Of a stretch of DNA of 64,000 nt, positions 1-10,094 are shown piece by piece. This stretch comes from a virus (lineage: Duplodnaviria; Heunggongvirae; Uroviricota; Caudoviricetes), in IMG/VR virus record IMGVR_UViG_3300028887_000002, positions 64,001 to 128,000 of that record. One strand, written 5' to 3'. Each line of letters begins with the position of its first letter. Positions within the stretch are counted from its first letter, which is position 1. The notes under the pieces were generated by a model. The model searched no databases, was not told the DNA's origin, and worked only from the letters and a program-made list of their open reading frames with translations. The position numbers were made by a program, and so were the translations under genes.

Positions 1-116
1 CCCCACTTGTTGGTTGTAATGTTCCCAGTCTCCTTGTAGGTTATATAGTAACTTTCAATCCTGCCAGTGGCTTCCTGGCACTTCTCAATAAATTCGTATA
101 AGAGTTCCTTTTTCAT
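1..116 (-). CDS. hypothetical protein, N-terminal part (runs off window edge)
   Basis: ATG at 116 (MKKELYTNLL...), open to position 1, 12 bp after the previous stop. Confidence 0.6.
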   Translation of the reverse strand, partial: MKKELLYEFIEKCQEATGRIESYYITYKETGNITTNKW

Positions 117-128
117 AATAGTGTAATT

Positions 129-602
129 TTATTTCCAGTATTCCAAAATCTTCTTTGCCCTTTCAATGAAATGTTGTTCATCCTCAACCATTAGGTTGGT
201 ACAACTTCCACCGTAATTGCAATCACATATAATATAGTATAACTTGAGGGCTTTTACAAGTGTTTCGAGTGAAGGCGGTTCTGCGTCGCCTAAACACCCG
301 TTATTCTGCTGGATTGAATTGGCGATGCACTTATCGGTAGTTTTCTCAAAGTTTTCCTTTTCAAACCGCTTTATCGCCTCGTTTTCAATCTCAATGGATG
401 CATTAACCAAATCAATCGTCTTTTCTCGGTCTTGAATGGTCGGATAAACTAAGTCAGGCAACAGTTCCTTTATTTCCTCAAGTTCCTTCTTTGCTTGTTC
501 ACATTTCTCAATGTCAGTCATATAGTCCGACGAAATAAGGGAACCTATTGTTAAATACAATAGATTCTCCTTCTGTAGGTTTCTTAAAAATTCAATGTCC
601 AT
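129..602 (-). CDS. hypothetical phage protein
   Basis: ORF track 129..614; likely start MDIEF; tightly packed in a minus-strand early operon. Confidence 0.7.
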   Translation of the reverse strand: MDIEFLRNLQKENLLYLTIGSLISSDYMTDIEKCEQAKKELEEIKELLPDLVYPTIQDREKTIDLVNASIEIENEAIKRFEKENFEKTTDKCIANSIQQNNGCLGDAEPPSLETLVKALKLYYIICDCNYGGSCTNLMVEDEQHFIERAKKILEYWK

Positions 603-606
603 AACG

Positions 607-1110
607 CTATTCAATCATTAAATAATCTTTCACCAAATCTTCGTTTTCTTGAGTAAACAAATTTCTTTGTTGTGGTGTATGGAATGAGAGAAAATAATAG
701 TCGTAAAATTCTAAATTATATTCAATGCTATTACCACGCCTTGTGATGGCATATTTGTGTATTGACCCATCAACCCATTCCTCGTCCGTAACAACGCCAC
801 CAAACCTCTTGTCGTGTTCCATTATTTGACTGATTCTTGCCATTGCAATGGCTGACTTGGCTTGTTTTTCAGTCGCAAAAACATTGTAATTACATTTAAA
901 ATTACGTAAGTCACGTGTTGGTTTGATTTCGCTTATATCTGTATCAATATAATATCCATCAAATCTTGTTTCTTTATCATTTCTCCACCTATAAGGCTTC
1001 GTTTCGATTTTCTTAAACACAATATGTTCCAAGGTTGAATTTTCCTTGTCAATCTCATAGCCTTCTGGCGGTACGATTGTGATTTCCTTCCTGTTGTTAG
1101 TTTCTTCCAT
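607..1110 (-). CDS. hypothetical phage protein
   Basis: 167 aa ORF; N-terminal PEGYEIDKENST..IVFKK segment resembles Bacteroidota-phage hypotheticals (from recall). Confidence 0.75.
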   Translation of the reverse strand: MEETNNRKEITIVPPEGYEIDKENSTLEHIVFKKIETKPYRWRNDKETRFDGYYIDTDISEIKPTRDLRNFKCNYNVFATEKQAKSAIAMARISQIMEHDKRFGGVVTDEEWVDGSIHKYAITRRGNSIEYNLEFYDYYFLSFHTPQQRNLFTQENEDLVKDYLMIE

Positions 1111-1137
1111 TGTTGCTAAAAGTTTTTAAATTAATTT

Positions 1138-1401
1138 TTATAATAATTTCCGATAATGTTTGCCTAGTTCATCCCATTCGTCAAAAGTAAACTTTGGTGC
1201 TTCGGGTGAATCGGGTTCAACAAAAACATATTCGGGGTTGTTATTGTTTTCTGTGTTTCTAATTTCAATGTTCCATGATTCTGTACTTTCAACAAATGTA
1301 TCTCCGTCAAATATGTTGTGAACATCACAAGCATCATTCACAAGGTCGAATAGTATTTTTCCGTCTGATTTTCTTTTTAGGATGTCTAATGAAAAACTCA
1401 T
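1138..1401 (-). CDS. hypothetical protein
   Basis: 87 aa ORF in operon context. Confidence 0.65.
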   Translation of the reverse strand: MSFSLDILKRKSDGKILFDLVNDACDVHNIFDGDTFVESTESWNIEIRNTENNNNPEYVFVEPDSPEAPKFTFDEWDELGKHYRKLL

Positions 1402-1419
1402 AGTTGTTAAATTTTTTGG

Positions 1420-2847
1420 TTAAACATTTTCTTCTGCATTGTATCTGTCAGCCATTTCAATATCGTCAATTTCGCCCTTGTCAATCATTTCAGCCTCCTT
1501 GCCAAGGAACTTTAGACATTTCAACTTAAAGGCTTCTGCAACAGGGTCGCCGTCAATGCGAACAACTATGCCCTCGCGTGGAACCTTGTTCTTGCACATC
1601 GGTTCGTTCTTCTCCATACCGAACTTTTCCTCAGTCTTGAGCCTTGCAAGGACATTCTCGTGCCAGTGTGTCTCCGTCGGTATATCTGGATATAAATCCT
1701 GCAATGTTCCGTGGTATAGAATGTTGATAGGTCTGATTTTTGATGCAACTTCCGAACCTTCGTTCTTTTCAATCTCATCGTAAAGTTCAAGGGTGAAATT
1801 CTTTACCTCCTCAACATCATATTCCTTTGTGATATGTTCATCATGATACTTCACCCTATATATCATAAGGTAGTTCTGTCCTTCCTTGCAACCATAGTCA
1901 TACCCCTTCTGTATCATCTTCTGTGAACCGCCAGTGTATCCGACAATTTCTCCGTAGATAGTGATATTTCTTGGGATGTAGTCCTTTAGCAGATTGTAAT
2001 ATTCACCCCATACGTCAGTTCCGTAGTATCCGTCAGTAACATTCTCGTTGATGGTTGAGTTCTTGATAACTGACCTTGATGAATATATTACATCATACCC
2101 TTCCTTTGTGAACTGCAACCATTTGGGGAGTTTGTTGAATACCTTCTTGTATAAACCGTTCCACTTGGGCATCTTAACCTTTACATTTCCGATACACATG
2201 GAAGTCCCATGAAGTTTTATAGTAACTACCACATTATCAGTAGGTTGAAATCTATGCATATTCCTTTCAAGACCTGCGGTGTCATAATGGAACGAGAATT
2301 GTCCGTCAATCATTCGGTTGAATTTCTTCAACTTCTTGTTTCTTTTTCCCTCACCCCTGCTTCCGTGTCCATTGGAAGGCATTGGCGGAACATAAGCCTT
2401 TATGAACAACTTTCCGTCAACCTCGTCAAAGTCGGTGTCAACAAGTTTTTCAAGTTCTGCCTCGGGAATGTCTACTGGTATGAAGTTCTTTAATTCTTCA
2501 AGGGAGAATATATAACCCATTGAAACAACCCCACGGAGTTTGACCATACGAACACGCCCGTACTTGTTGAAGTAACCCTTCCTTTCGGTATCGGCGTTAA
2601 GCGACTTGTCATCATACAGCGAGTTTGCATAGAGGAATCCTCCATTAATCTGTGTTTCGTTTGAAGCATAGAACATAACGTCACCTTCCTTTACCTGGTC
2701 TTTGCGAACCACGATTGTACGTCCGTTCAGTTCTGTTGTTGCAAGAAAGTCCGAGTTCTCAATCGGTACAATCTCGCCAATGCGGACAATGGTACAGCAG
2801 TATTCTGCACTCATGTCCTTTGACTTTGTGAAAATTTCTTTTGTCAT
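1420..2847 (-). CDS. RNA ligase, Rnl2/DRB0094-like, with N-terminal OB-like domain
   Basis: Nucleotidyltransferase motif I TIKLHGTS, motif III YGEIVG, motif IV REGIVVR, motif V FKLK; N-terminal IVPIENSDFL OB-like segment. Confidence 0.85.
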   Translation of the reverse strand: MTKEIFTKSKDMSAEYCCTIVRIGEIVPIENSDFLATTELNGRTIVVRKDQVKEGDVMFYASNETQINGGFLYANSLYDDKSLNADTERKGYFNKYGRVRMVKLRGVVSMGYIFSLEELKNFIPVDIPEAELEKLVDTDFDEVDGKLFIKAYVPPMPSNGHGSRGEGKRNKKLKKFNRMIDGQFSFHYDTAGLERNMHRFQPTDNVVVTIKLHGTSMCIGNVKVKMPKWNGLYKKVFNKLPKWLQFTKEGYDVIYSSRSVIKNSTINENVTDGYYGTDVWGEYYNLLKDYIPRNITIYGEIVGYTGGSQKMIQKGYDYGCKEGQNYLMIYRVKYHDEHITKEYDVEEVKNFTLELYDEIEKNEGSEVASKIRPINILYHGTLQDLYPDIPTETHWHENVLARLKTEEKFGMEKNEPMCKNKVPREGIVVRIDGDPVAEAFKLKCLKFLGKEAEMIDKGEIDDIEMADRYNAEENV

Positions 2848-2887
2848 TGTTTATTCTTTTTTAATTTTTTTATATTTGAAATTTCCG

Positions 2888-2918
2888 CAAAAGTACCATA
2901 TATTTTTGAAACCGCAAA
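2888..2918 (-). promoter_or_regulatory. Bacteroidota sigma-A type promoter (-33 TTTG / -7 TACTTTTG)
   Basis: Minus strand TTTG-N19-TACTTTTG upstream of the RNA ligase operon. Confidence 0.75.
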
Positions 2919-2966
2919 ACTTTTTTGAAAGTTTTTGATATTTATTATATAAAAAATTTAATTCAT

Positions 2967-3953
2967 ATGGAGACTGATAACAATTTGACTCAGAACATTG
3001 AAGATAATGAACTTGAACATACACCTACGAATGACCGTATACATAAGGGTATTGTGCTTATGAAGTCGGCTATCAAGAAATACGAGGAAGGTAACTTCAA
3101 TATGGCGGACAACGACCGTAAGGAAGCAAACCGCAACTTCGACATTGCTATGAGGGAAATGTCAACCGAAGACGGAATGGATGATATGATGTACGGCGAG
3201 TGCCGTAATTTCGGACTGCTCTACAACGTGCTTGAGAGTAATACACATAACCTTTATCCCGACAAGGCTGACGTGTTGCAGGAATTTGTAACACTCATAA
3301 GGGGGAACAAGGTTTTGTCGGAAGAATTCAATGCCTATAATGCTTTCGTATCACCCGTGAACGTTGAAGACAACGCAAAGTATGTCAACGAGGCGATTGC
3401 CCTTGTACCACACTATTCAAAGAAGGTGTTGCGTGAAAACAACAACAAGTTCCTCAAACTTATAAGGAAGCACAACCTTAATGAGAATGTCGGTGTTGAT
3501 GATGATATGGTTTCGGTATTTGAAAGCGTTGAATATGCAATGCTGAACGGCAAGGACTTGTCCAATATCAACGAATTCGCAAAGGTGGAGAAGATTCTTG
3601 AAAACTGCGTAAGGGAAAACAACCGCATTGTCGAAGAAGAAACCGACCACGAGGCAATATATGAGGAGAAGGTTGATGAACTCGCAAAGAAATATGACAA
3701 GATTATGAACGAGGACGAAAAGTCGTTGCTCAAGAAGATGTCATTGAGCGAAGCAAAGAAAACCTCACTGTTTGAAGAGACAAAGCAGTTGGCACTTGAA
3801 GCGTTGAGAACCGAAATTGACAAGTCGGATAACGACGAAAAGAAGGAATGGAATGAAATATTCGAACAGATTTCAAGCACAACATACAACCCAGATACAT
3901 TCCTTGTTGACCTTTCAAAGATGATTGAAATAAAGGATAGTTTAAGTGAATAA
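2967..3953 (+). CDS. hypothetical helical, acidic protein (possible head/core protein)
   Basis: ATG 2967 preceded by TATTTAT late motif at 2939-2945; E/K/N-rich. Confidence 0.75.
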   Translation: METDNNLTQNIEDNELEHTPTNDRIHKGIVLMKSAIKKYEEGNFNMADNDRKEANRNFDIAMREMSTEDGMDDMMYGECRNFGLLYNVLESNTHNLYPDKADVLQEFVTLIRGNKVLSEEFNAYNAFVSPVNVEDNAKYVNEAIALVPHYSKKVLRENNNKFLKLIRKHNLNENVGVDDDMVSVFESVEYAMLNGKDLSNINEFAKVEKILENCVRENNRIVEEETDHEAIYEEKVDELAKKYDKIMNEDEKSLLKKMSLSEAKKTSLFEETKQLALEALRTEIDKSDNDEKKEWNEIFEQISSTTYNPDTFLVDLSKMIEIKDSLSE

Positions 3954-5832
3954 CAGGACTTTCTATATAACTGAAGAACAGCAGAGACGGTTGTTGAACG
4001 AGTCGGCTGCCGACCGTTTCATTGACAAGTTGATACTGAAAAACCTTCCCGAAAAGGCTAAGGGACTGATAAACACACCATTGAATGTGATTGCGAAGGA
4101 ACACCCCGAAGCACTGAACGGTGTGGCGTTGAACGGCACACCAGAAGTGATGGAAAAATACGGCAACCTGCCGTTGAAGGACTTCATAAGGGTTTCGATA
4201 ATGCAGATGTTCGACATCGGTCACGGGAAAGGCCCGAAAAAATACCTGCGTGGCATCTTCCGCATAATGCTTGACGAGATACGTTGCCTGTCAAACCCTG
4301 ATATGAACCGCATTAACCAGTTGAAGGACGATGTGATGTACATCATGCAAGCGTCACAGAACGGCTCCGACCCAGAGGCAGCACAGATGGACGGTGACCT
4401 CAACGGAATGTCCTTGACACAGATAAACCAGACGTTCAAGGAGAAGCGCAAGGCGTTCTTCGCGAACATCCGCAACAAGTTGTCCAGCACCTTCAAGGGC
4501 AAGTCAAATGCACCAAGGTACGAGAAGGTCGTCATTACAAATCACGACCAGTGCGTGAAATATGCGCCTTACGTTGGGTGGTGCATAACATTTAATAGTT
4601 CAGCAAACTACGATACTTATACCCAGGGCGGTAGAAGGTTCTACCTGTTTTTAAGAGACGGGTATCAGAATGTTGAACGCAAGGCTGGCGAGAACTGTCC
4701 GTTCGATGAATACGGAATGAGCATGGTATCCGTTCTGGTTGATATGGATGGAAACATTAGCATCATAACGACAAGGTGGAACCACGAGCATGACGGTGAG
4801 TTGAACAATCCGTCGCAGGAGCAGATAGAGATGGTGATGAACCTTATGGGCGTAAACTTGTATAAGGAGTGTCCCCCGTATACAAGGGACGAATTAAAGG
4901 CGATGGGCATTATACCTTTTGAGGACGTACCCGAACTGCTTGCCCAGGGGGTTGAACCTAAGGAGATATTTGGTGCTGTTAGCGATTTAGGATATGGCTT
5001 TACGAAGGTTTACCTTAATCGTAAATATAACCTTATCAATAAGGAAGGCCAATTGGTATCACCACAATGGTTTGATTATGTATGGTATTTTAGTAATGGT
5101 TTTGCAATTGTTGAACTGAATGGCAAACGGAACTTCATCAATACTGAAGGACAACTTTTATCATCCCAGTGGTTTGTTGGTGCAAGTAATTTTTCTGAAG
5201 GTTTTGCTAGGGTTGAACTGAATGGTAAATGGAACTTTATCAACACGGAAGGTCAAGTCCTATATAAACCTAACGAACCAGACCAGTGGTTTGATAGTGT
5301 AGGTGGTTTTTTTAACGTTTTTGCTACTGTTCAACTGAATGGTAAATATTATGTTTTACGTTCAGATGGTGTTCTATGCGACTATAATACTTATCAACCC
5401 GTCCCTGAACTGAACGAGGGTAAATCAAATAAACGCGCATTCTACATACCAGAAACAAGATTGAATGAATTTTCGGAGAATATGCTGACCGAATCGTTCA
5501 TTATCCCCAAGCACGAGCAGGTGAGGGTTGTAAGGGAATACCTTGACAAGAACTTCCTGCGTAGCGAAAGCGATGACATTGACGAGAATGGTTACCCCTG
5601 CAAGGTGAAGAGTGTTACATTGGTAAGTTCTAACGGTCAGCCGTTGAAGCCTATGACAATTGCGGAACTCTTTATGATGCTTGACGACAAGTTCAACCGT
5701 ATCATAAGGGACAAGGACAAGAGACAGGTGTTCCTTAAACAGGTTATAACCGACTGGTATTACAAGCGTATCAGCAAGGAGGGAATATTGTCATCAAATG
5801 TAATACAAGTTAGTGGAAAAAAGAAAAAATAA
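3946..5832 (+). CDS. multidomain protein: PcfJ-like WCIT domain plus WG repeats, flanked by 'FYI.E..LNE' segments
   Basis: GWCITF..NYDTY motif; repeated V.LNGKWNFINTEGQ..S.QWFD (WG repeat) units. Confidence 0.7.
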   Translation: MNNRTFYITEEQQRRLLNESAADRFIDKLILKNLPEKAKGLINTPLNVIAKEHPEALNGVALNGTPEVMEKYGNLPLKDFIRVSIMQMFDIGHGKGPKKYLRGIFRIMLDEIRCLSNPDMNRINQLKDDVMYIMQASQNGSDPEAAQMDGDLNGMSLTQINQTFKEKRKAFFANIRNKLSSTFKGKSNAPRYEKVVITNHDQCVKYAPYVGWCITFNSSANYDTYTQGGRRFYLFLRDGYQNVERKAGENCPFDEYGMSMVSVLVDMDGNISIITTRWNHEHDGELNNPSQEQIEMVMNLMGVNLYKECPPYTRDELKAMGIIPFEDVPELLAQGVEPKEIFGAVSDLGYGFTKVYLNRKYNLINKEGQLVSPQWFDYVWYFSNGFAIVELNGKRNFINTEGQLLSSQWFVGASNFSEGFARVELNGKWNFINTEGQVLYKPNEPDQWFDSVGGFFNVFATVQLNGKYYVLRSDGVLCDYNTYQPVPELNEGKSNKRAFYIPETRLNEFSENMLTESFIIPKHEQVRVVREYLDKNFLRSESDDIDENGYPCKVKSVTLVSSNGQPLKPMTIAELFMMLDDKFNRIIRDKDKRQVFLKQVITDWYYKRISKEGILSSNVIQVSGKKKK

Positions 5833-5889
5833 TTAACCTTGTTTTTATATTCATTTCAAACTATTTTTTGTTTCAAAAAATTTAATGCA

Positions 5890-6237
5890 ATGATTTACAA
5901 TTTGGAATCCATAATAGAGGAAGGAAAGTACAAGGGGCAGAAGGTTGCCGATATTATTACAGAAGACAAGAAGGCTGTATGGCAGATGATTGTCAAGGAG
6001 CACTTGCAATTCACTGATGATGTCTTGTCGGCAGTGAATATCAAGAAGAAAGTCAGTGACGTACACGTTGAATCCGTGGTTGTTGAACATAAGAGACAGA
6101 AGCCGTTAGCAAAGAAGGACACCAAGAAGGAAGCCGACGATGTGATGCGTGAACTTGAAGTTATCGAGAAAAATGTAATAAATGCCGTCACTGACGAGGA
6201 ACTTGAACAGACAGAAGAAGAAACTCCGATTGAATAA
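5890..6237 (+). CDS. hypothetical protein
   Basis: ATG 5890; stop overlaps next start (TAATG). Confidence 0.7.
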   Translation: MIYNLESIIEEGKYKGQKVADIITEDKKAVWQMIVKEHLQFTDDVLSAVNIKKKVSDVHVESVVVEHKRQKPLAKKDTKKEADDVMRELEVIEKNVINAVTDEELEQTEEETPIE

Positions 6238-6572
6238 TGTCAAAGAAAGGGAATGTCTACTTATTATATGACATTGATAATGACTTGTATAAGATAGGTT
6301 TCACAAGAGGAACAGTCGAGAAACGCCTATCGCAGTTGCAGACAGGTAATGCTACTAAACTGGCTATAATCAGAACCTTTGAGTGTGAACACCCGTCACT
6401 GGTGGAACATCATCTACACGCGAAATTTAGCGGTAAGCAAGTCCTTAACGAGTGGTACGACCTTGAGGATGAAGATGTCTTTTCCTTTTTGGAGTATTGT
6501 GAGACAGTAAATAATTCATTGGAAAGTGTTTCGGAAAATCCGTTCTTCAAGAAGCATCTTGGTCTGACTTGA
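6237..6572 (+). CDS. GIY-YIG nuclease, T5orf172/MUG113-like
   Basis: VYLL..YKIGFT...KRLSQLQTGN...EHHLH...NEWY. Confidence 0.85.
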   Translation: MSKKGNVYLLYDIDNDLYKIGFTRGTVEKRLSQLQTGNATKLAIIRTFECEHPSLVEHHLHAKFSGKQVLNEWYDLEDEDVFSFLEYCETVNNSLESVSENPFFKKHLGLT

Positions 6573-6933
6573 TTTCATCGACCTTTGATTTGAGAGACCT
6601 TGAAATCAGTTTTTTCTTTATTATGGGTGAGTAATCAAAAGAATCCTGCTGTATTCTATGCATTCCCAAATAAATCGTTTCATACTTTAGATAGGCGACA
6701 AATAACGTGTCGAAGGCATTCCTAAACGTTTCGTCCGCCATGTAACACCTGTCAAAATAGGCTTCGTACCATTCAAGACCTTCGTTTTCGTCCTTGACGT
6801 GATACAGGTTTTTACGGCGGTTAGTCTTGCCCAGTGTGAACGGGTTGCCAAATATTGTGCTGTTTGAAATGTCAAATACATTTTCACCTTCTATGTTTTC
6901 AATGTTTTTGTTAAAAATAACAATTCTTTCCAT
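6547..6933 (-). CDS. DUF4326-like protein
   Basis: S.IFGNPF motif followed by helical Y..YF segment. Confidence 0.55.
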   Translation of the reverse strand: MERIVIFNKNIENIEGENVFDISNSTIFGNPFTLGKTNRRKNLYHVKDENEGLEWYEAYFDRCYMADETFRNAFDTLFVAYLKYETIYLGMHRIQQDSFDYSPIIKKKLISRSLKSKVDEIKSDQDAS

Positions 6934-6978
6934 ATCAATTTTACATTTTGCTACTATTTATAATAAAAATTTTGTACG

Positions 6979-7323
6979 ATGAATAGTATATTAGAAAACT
7001 TGAAGAGATTTATTGATTCCGAAGTTCGCAGAACATTGAACGAGGAACGCGAAACCATATATGAAGTAGTCCTTAATGAAAAGAAGACAAAAACCAAAAA
7101 GAAAGATAGTTCAAAAGTTAAGCGTAGACAGGTGCTTGCTATGATGAACCAGGACAAGATTGACCTTGCAGCATTGGGGCGTAAGTTATATCCCGACATG
7201 GATGATGATACTTCACGTTCATACATAAGCAAGAAGGCTCGTGGTGAAAGAGAACTCAGTGACAGCGAAGTCAATAAACTCTATACTATTCTTCATTCAA
7301 ACAAGGATAAACAAATTCGTTAG
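6979..7323 (+). CDS. hypothetical late protein (possible HTH-like C-terminus)
   Basis: TATTTAT at 6955-6961; N-terminal ..EVRRTLNE segment. Confidence 0.7.
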   Translation: MNSILENLKRFIDSEVRRTLNEERETIYEVVLNEKKTKTKKKDSSKVKRRQVLAMMNQDKIDLAALGRKLYPDMDDDTSRSYISKKARGERELSDSEVNKLYTILHSNKDKQIR

Positions 7324-7350
7324 TAGTACGTATCAACATAAAAGTGTACT

Positions 7351-7385
7351 AAAACGGTCACCTTTCCCCAAGGATTGACCGTTTT
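7351..7385. terminator. bidirectional intrinsic terminator
   Basis: AAAACGGTCA...TGACCGTTTT inverted repeat between convergent genes. Confidence 0.8.
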
Positions 7386-7399
7386 ATTTATATATTCTA

Positions 7400-7777
7400 C
7401 TATTCTTTTGTTTCTTCAACTTTCCAAATGTGCTCATTGTCCTTGCACCAGTAGGTGGCATTCGGCTTTATCCCGTCAGTAACAAACTGATGGAGAATCT
7501 CTTCAATGTTCACAATATTCTTCATGAAGAAATCGTAGAGTTCGTCGATGTGCTTCGTTATATCGGGCGGGAATTTCGGTCCGTCGAAATCCTCAAGTGT
7601 GTCAGAATAAGCCTTGTCCATGTATCCCAATGCATATGCGACATCCTCATATAGGAAATCACCACCCCACATTGAATAGACATCAATGCCGTAAATGTCG
7701 TCGTTAATCTTCGTAAATCTCAATCTCTTGATTAGTTCAATCTGTTCTTCAGTAAATGTTAATTTAATCTTTGCCAT
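7400..7777 (-). CDS. hypothetical protein
   Basis: 125 aa ORF, last gene of the dnaJ-infC operon. Confidence 0.75.
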   Translation of the reverse strand: MAKIKLTFTEEQIELIKRLRFTKINDDIYGIDVYSMWGGDFLYEDVAYALGYMDKAYSDTLEDFDGPKFPPDITKHIDELYDFFMKNIVNIEEILHQFVTDGIKPNATYWCKDNEHIWKVEETKE

Positions 7778-7782
7778 ATCAA

Positions 7783-8340
7783 TTAGTTTTTAGATTTTCT
7801 TTTCAAAATAACACTTGTCTTGGTTGTATCTCTCTTTGGCATACTTTCAGCGACGCCAACGCTCTCGCATAGCATTATGAACGCATATAGTTGTTTTTCG
7901 GATTCGTCCCTACGTTCCAGTTCCCTGCGTTTCATTGCCATTACAACCCTAACCTTGTTGTTGTCTTCTATAAATTCCATAGCCTTGCGAGCCTTTATTT
8001 CAAGGTCATGATTGGATATGTTAGGCGACAGTTGTATTTCCTTTACCTCGGTTGTCTTACGGTTCTGCAATTTCTGTGATTTCTTCAGTTCATACATATA
8101 CTTTGAATAGTCACATAGTTTTAACACTGGCGGTTTGGCTTCGGGGTTTATTTCAACTAAATCCAGTTCCATTTCCCGTGATAATCTTTTTGCTTCATTC
8201 AGCCCCATTATGCGGGTAAAATCTTCTTCACTCTTCTCGAAGTTATTCTTGCGGTATACGACTCTCGCTTCGTAGTAACCAGTAATCTCGTTGTTGATTC
8301 TTGGTTCAGTTACTTGGTTGTTTCTTTTTTCTTTTTGCAT
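7783..8340 (-). CDS. infC: translation initiation factor IF-3 (phage-encoded)
   Basis: PRINNEI; LDLVEINPEAKPPVLKLCDYSKYMYELKK; KEIQLSPNISNHDLEIK..FIEDNNKVRV. Confidence 0.92.
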   Translation of the reverse strand: MQKEKRNNQVTEPRINNEITGYYEARVVYRKNNFEKSEEDFTRIMGLNEAKRLSREMELDLVEINPEAKPPVLKLCDYSKYMYELKKSQKLQNRKTTEVKEIQLSPNISNHDLEIKARKAMEFIEDNNKVRVVMAMKRRELERRDESEKQLYAFIMLCESVGVAESMPKRDTTKTSVILKRKSKN

Positions 8341-8930
8341 CTGTTCTCGCTGTAATATTCCAAATATTGTTCTCTAAAAATTCTATCTTGGTTTTCTAAA
8401 AGTTCTCGACCTTTTTCATAGCCGTGCAATTTGCCATAGGTCAGCATCTTCCCTCTTATTTTGTAACATTCGTCACGTTTTCGTAGTTGGACATAGTCGT
8501 AAATTGTAAGGTTCATGTCTGTGCACGTGCGGTTGATTATATCCAATACTTTTTCTCTGTCGCCATTGCCATCGAATATGCTTGTTCCGAGTATGGTTGT
8601 CATTACATTCTTACCCTTGAACTCCTCGTTTGCGCTTACAAGACATTTTTCCAATGCTTCATAGTCAAGTGTTTCCCGATTGCTTCTTGGAAACTTACAA
8701 ATATACATAAGTGAAACTATCGGTTTCTCACCTACATTCAAACGTTTTCCTAACTTACGCGTATCGCCATAGTTGGTCGACTTGTTTGCTACATCCAGTT
8801 CTGGGTATTTTATACGCATCTTCGACTGTAGGCCGTTTGTCAACATATTGTTGATTGATGTACCGAGCAACACGACATCATAGTTGTCGGTCTCCCATAT
8901 GGCATCCTTGTCCTTAATAAATTGAATCAT
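8310..8930 (-). CDS. macrodomain-like protein (Poa1p/DarG-like ADP-ribose hydrolase fold, diverged)
   Basis: KYPE..GD.RKLG, LDYEALEKCL..N..FKGK, ILG...GNGD..V..II pattern; the usual N..G.G motif is degenerate. Confidence 0.6.
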   Translation of the reverse strand: MIQFIKDKDAIWETDNYDVVLLGTSINNMLTNGLQSKMRIKYPELDVANKSTNYGDTRKLGKRLNVGEKPIVSLMYICKFPRSNRETLDYEALEKCLVSANEEFKGKNVMTTILGTSIFDGNGDREKVLDIINRTCTDMNLTIYDYVQLRKRDECYKIRGKMLTYGKLHGYEKGRELLENQDRIFREQYLEYYSENRCKKKKETTK

Positions 8931-8933
8931 ATA

Positions 8934-10025
8934 TTATTGGAAATTTTTACATTTTGATAATTTTTCGAGAAGTTTCTTTTCTTCCGAATTTATTTGTTTT
9001 GGCATCTTGTACTTTATAATTACCACGAGGTCGCCATAATTGCCTTTGGTATCAGGTAACCCCTTACCTCTAAGAATCAATCTCTTGCCATCAAACGTAC
9101 CCTGTGGAATTGTTATGTTGTACTTCTTGTTTCCAACACCAATTATCTCACAACTGCCACCCATAAGGCATTGTGGTATTGAAACTTCCTTTGTTATTTC
9201 AATGTCGTATGGATTTCTGTCAGACATATTCATTCCGTTTTCTGGAACAATCTTGAAAATAACATAAAGGTCACCGTTTATACCATCGTTGACGCAATGC
9301 CCCATACCTTCCATTGTAATGTATGCACCGTTGATGACACCTTGTGGTATGTTTATGGTAATTGATTCGTTTTCAACACTAAGACCTGTTCCGTTACAGG
9401 AAGGACATGGGTTGACAATAATCTCGCCAGTACCACCACACTTGTCGCATACGGTGGTTTGTTGTATTACAGTAAAACCATTTCGTCTTGTTTCAGTAAA
9501 GTGACCACGTCCGCCACATTTTGGACAAGTTTCCTTGTGTCCGTGTTCTGATAAACCCGTTCCGTGACATTTGCTACACGGCTTACGTCTTCTATAACCA
9601 AATGTCTTTTCGGCCTGGCTATATGCTTCATTAATAGTTATTTCGAGTGTTATCTTGATGTTTTCGCCTCTTTGGATTGTGCGTCTTCTACCGCCAAAGC
9701 CGTTAAAATCATCATCACCGAAACTGAAGCCATGCATATTCGCAAAGTATCTGAACATATCGTCCATATTCATATTGTCGAACTGCATATTGCCGTCAAC
9801 AGTACCAAACTGGTCATATTGCTGGCGTTTGGCCTTGTCTGACAATACACTATATGCTTCGGATATTTCCTTGAACTTTTCCTCTGCTTCCTTCTTTTCG
9901 GCTTCCGACTTGTTTACCAGACGGTCTGGATGAAACTGCATTGCAAGTTTCTTGTATGCCTTCTTGATGACATCTTCACTTGCATTCTTTTCAACACCTA
10001 ATATTTTATAGTAATCTTTAGTCAT
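8934..10025 (-). CDS. dnaJ: molecular chaperone DnaJ (class A)
   Basis: [10 protein letters not shown]-domain with HPD, G/F region, four CxxCxGxG repeats. Confidence 0.95.
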   Translation of the reverse strand: MTKDYYKILGVEKNASEDVIKKAYKKLAMQFHPDRLVNKSEAEKKEAEEKFKEISEAYSVLSDKAKRQQYDQFGTVDGNMQFDNMNMDDMFRYFANMHGFSFGDDDFNGFGGRRRTIQRGENIKITLEITINEAYSQAEKTFGYRRRKPCSKCHGTGLSEHGHKETCPKCGGRGHFTETRRNGFTVIQQTTVCDKCGGTGEIIVNPCPSCNGTGLSVENESITINIPQGVINGAYITMEGMGHCVNDGINGDLYVIFKIVPENGMNMSDRNPYDIEITKEVSIPQCLMGGSCEIIGVGNKKYNITIPQGTFDGKRLILRGKGLPDTKGNYGDLVVIIKYKMPKQINSEEKKLLEKLSKCKNFQ

Positions 10026-10094
10026 ATTTTTCTAAATATAGTAAAAATTGCCCGCAAATCCAAGACTCACGGGCGTGAAAATGTTTGTTTTTTG

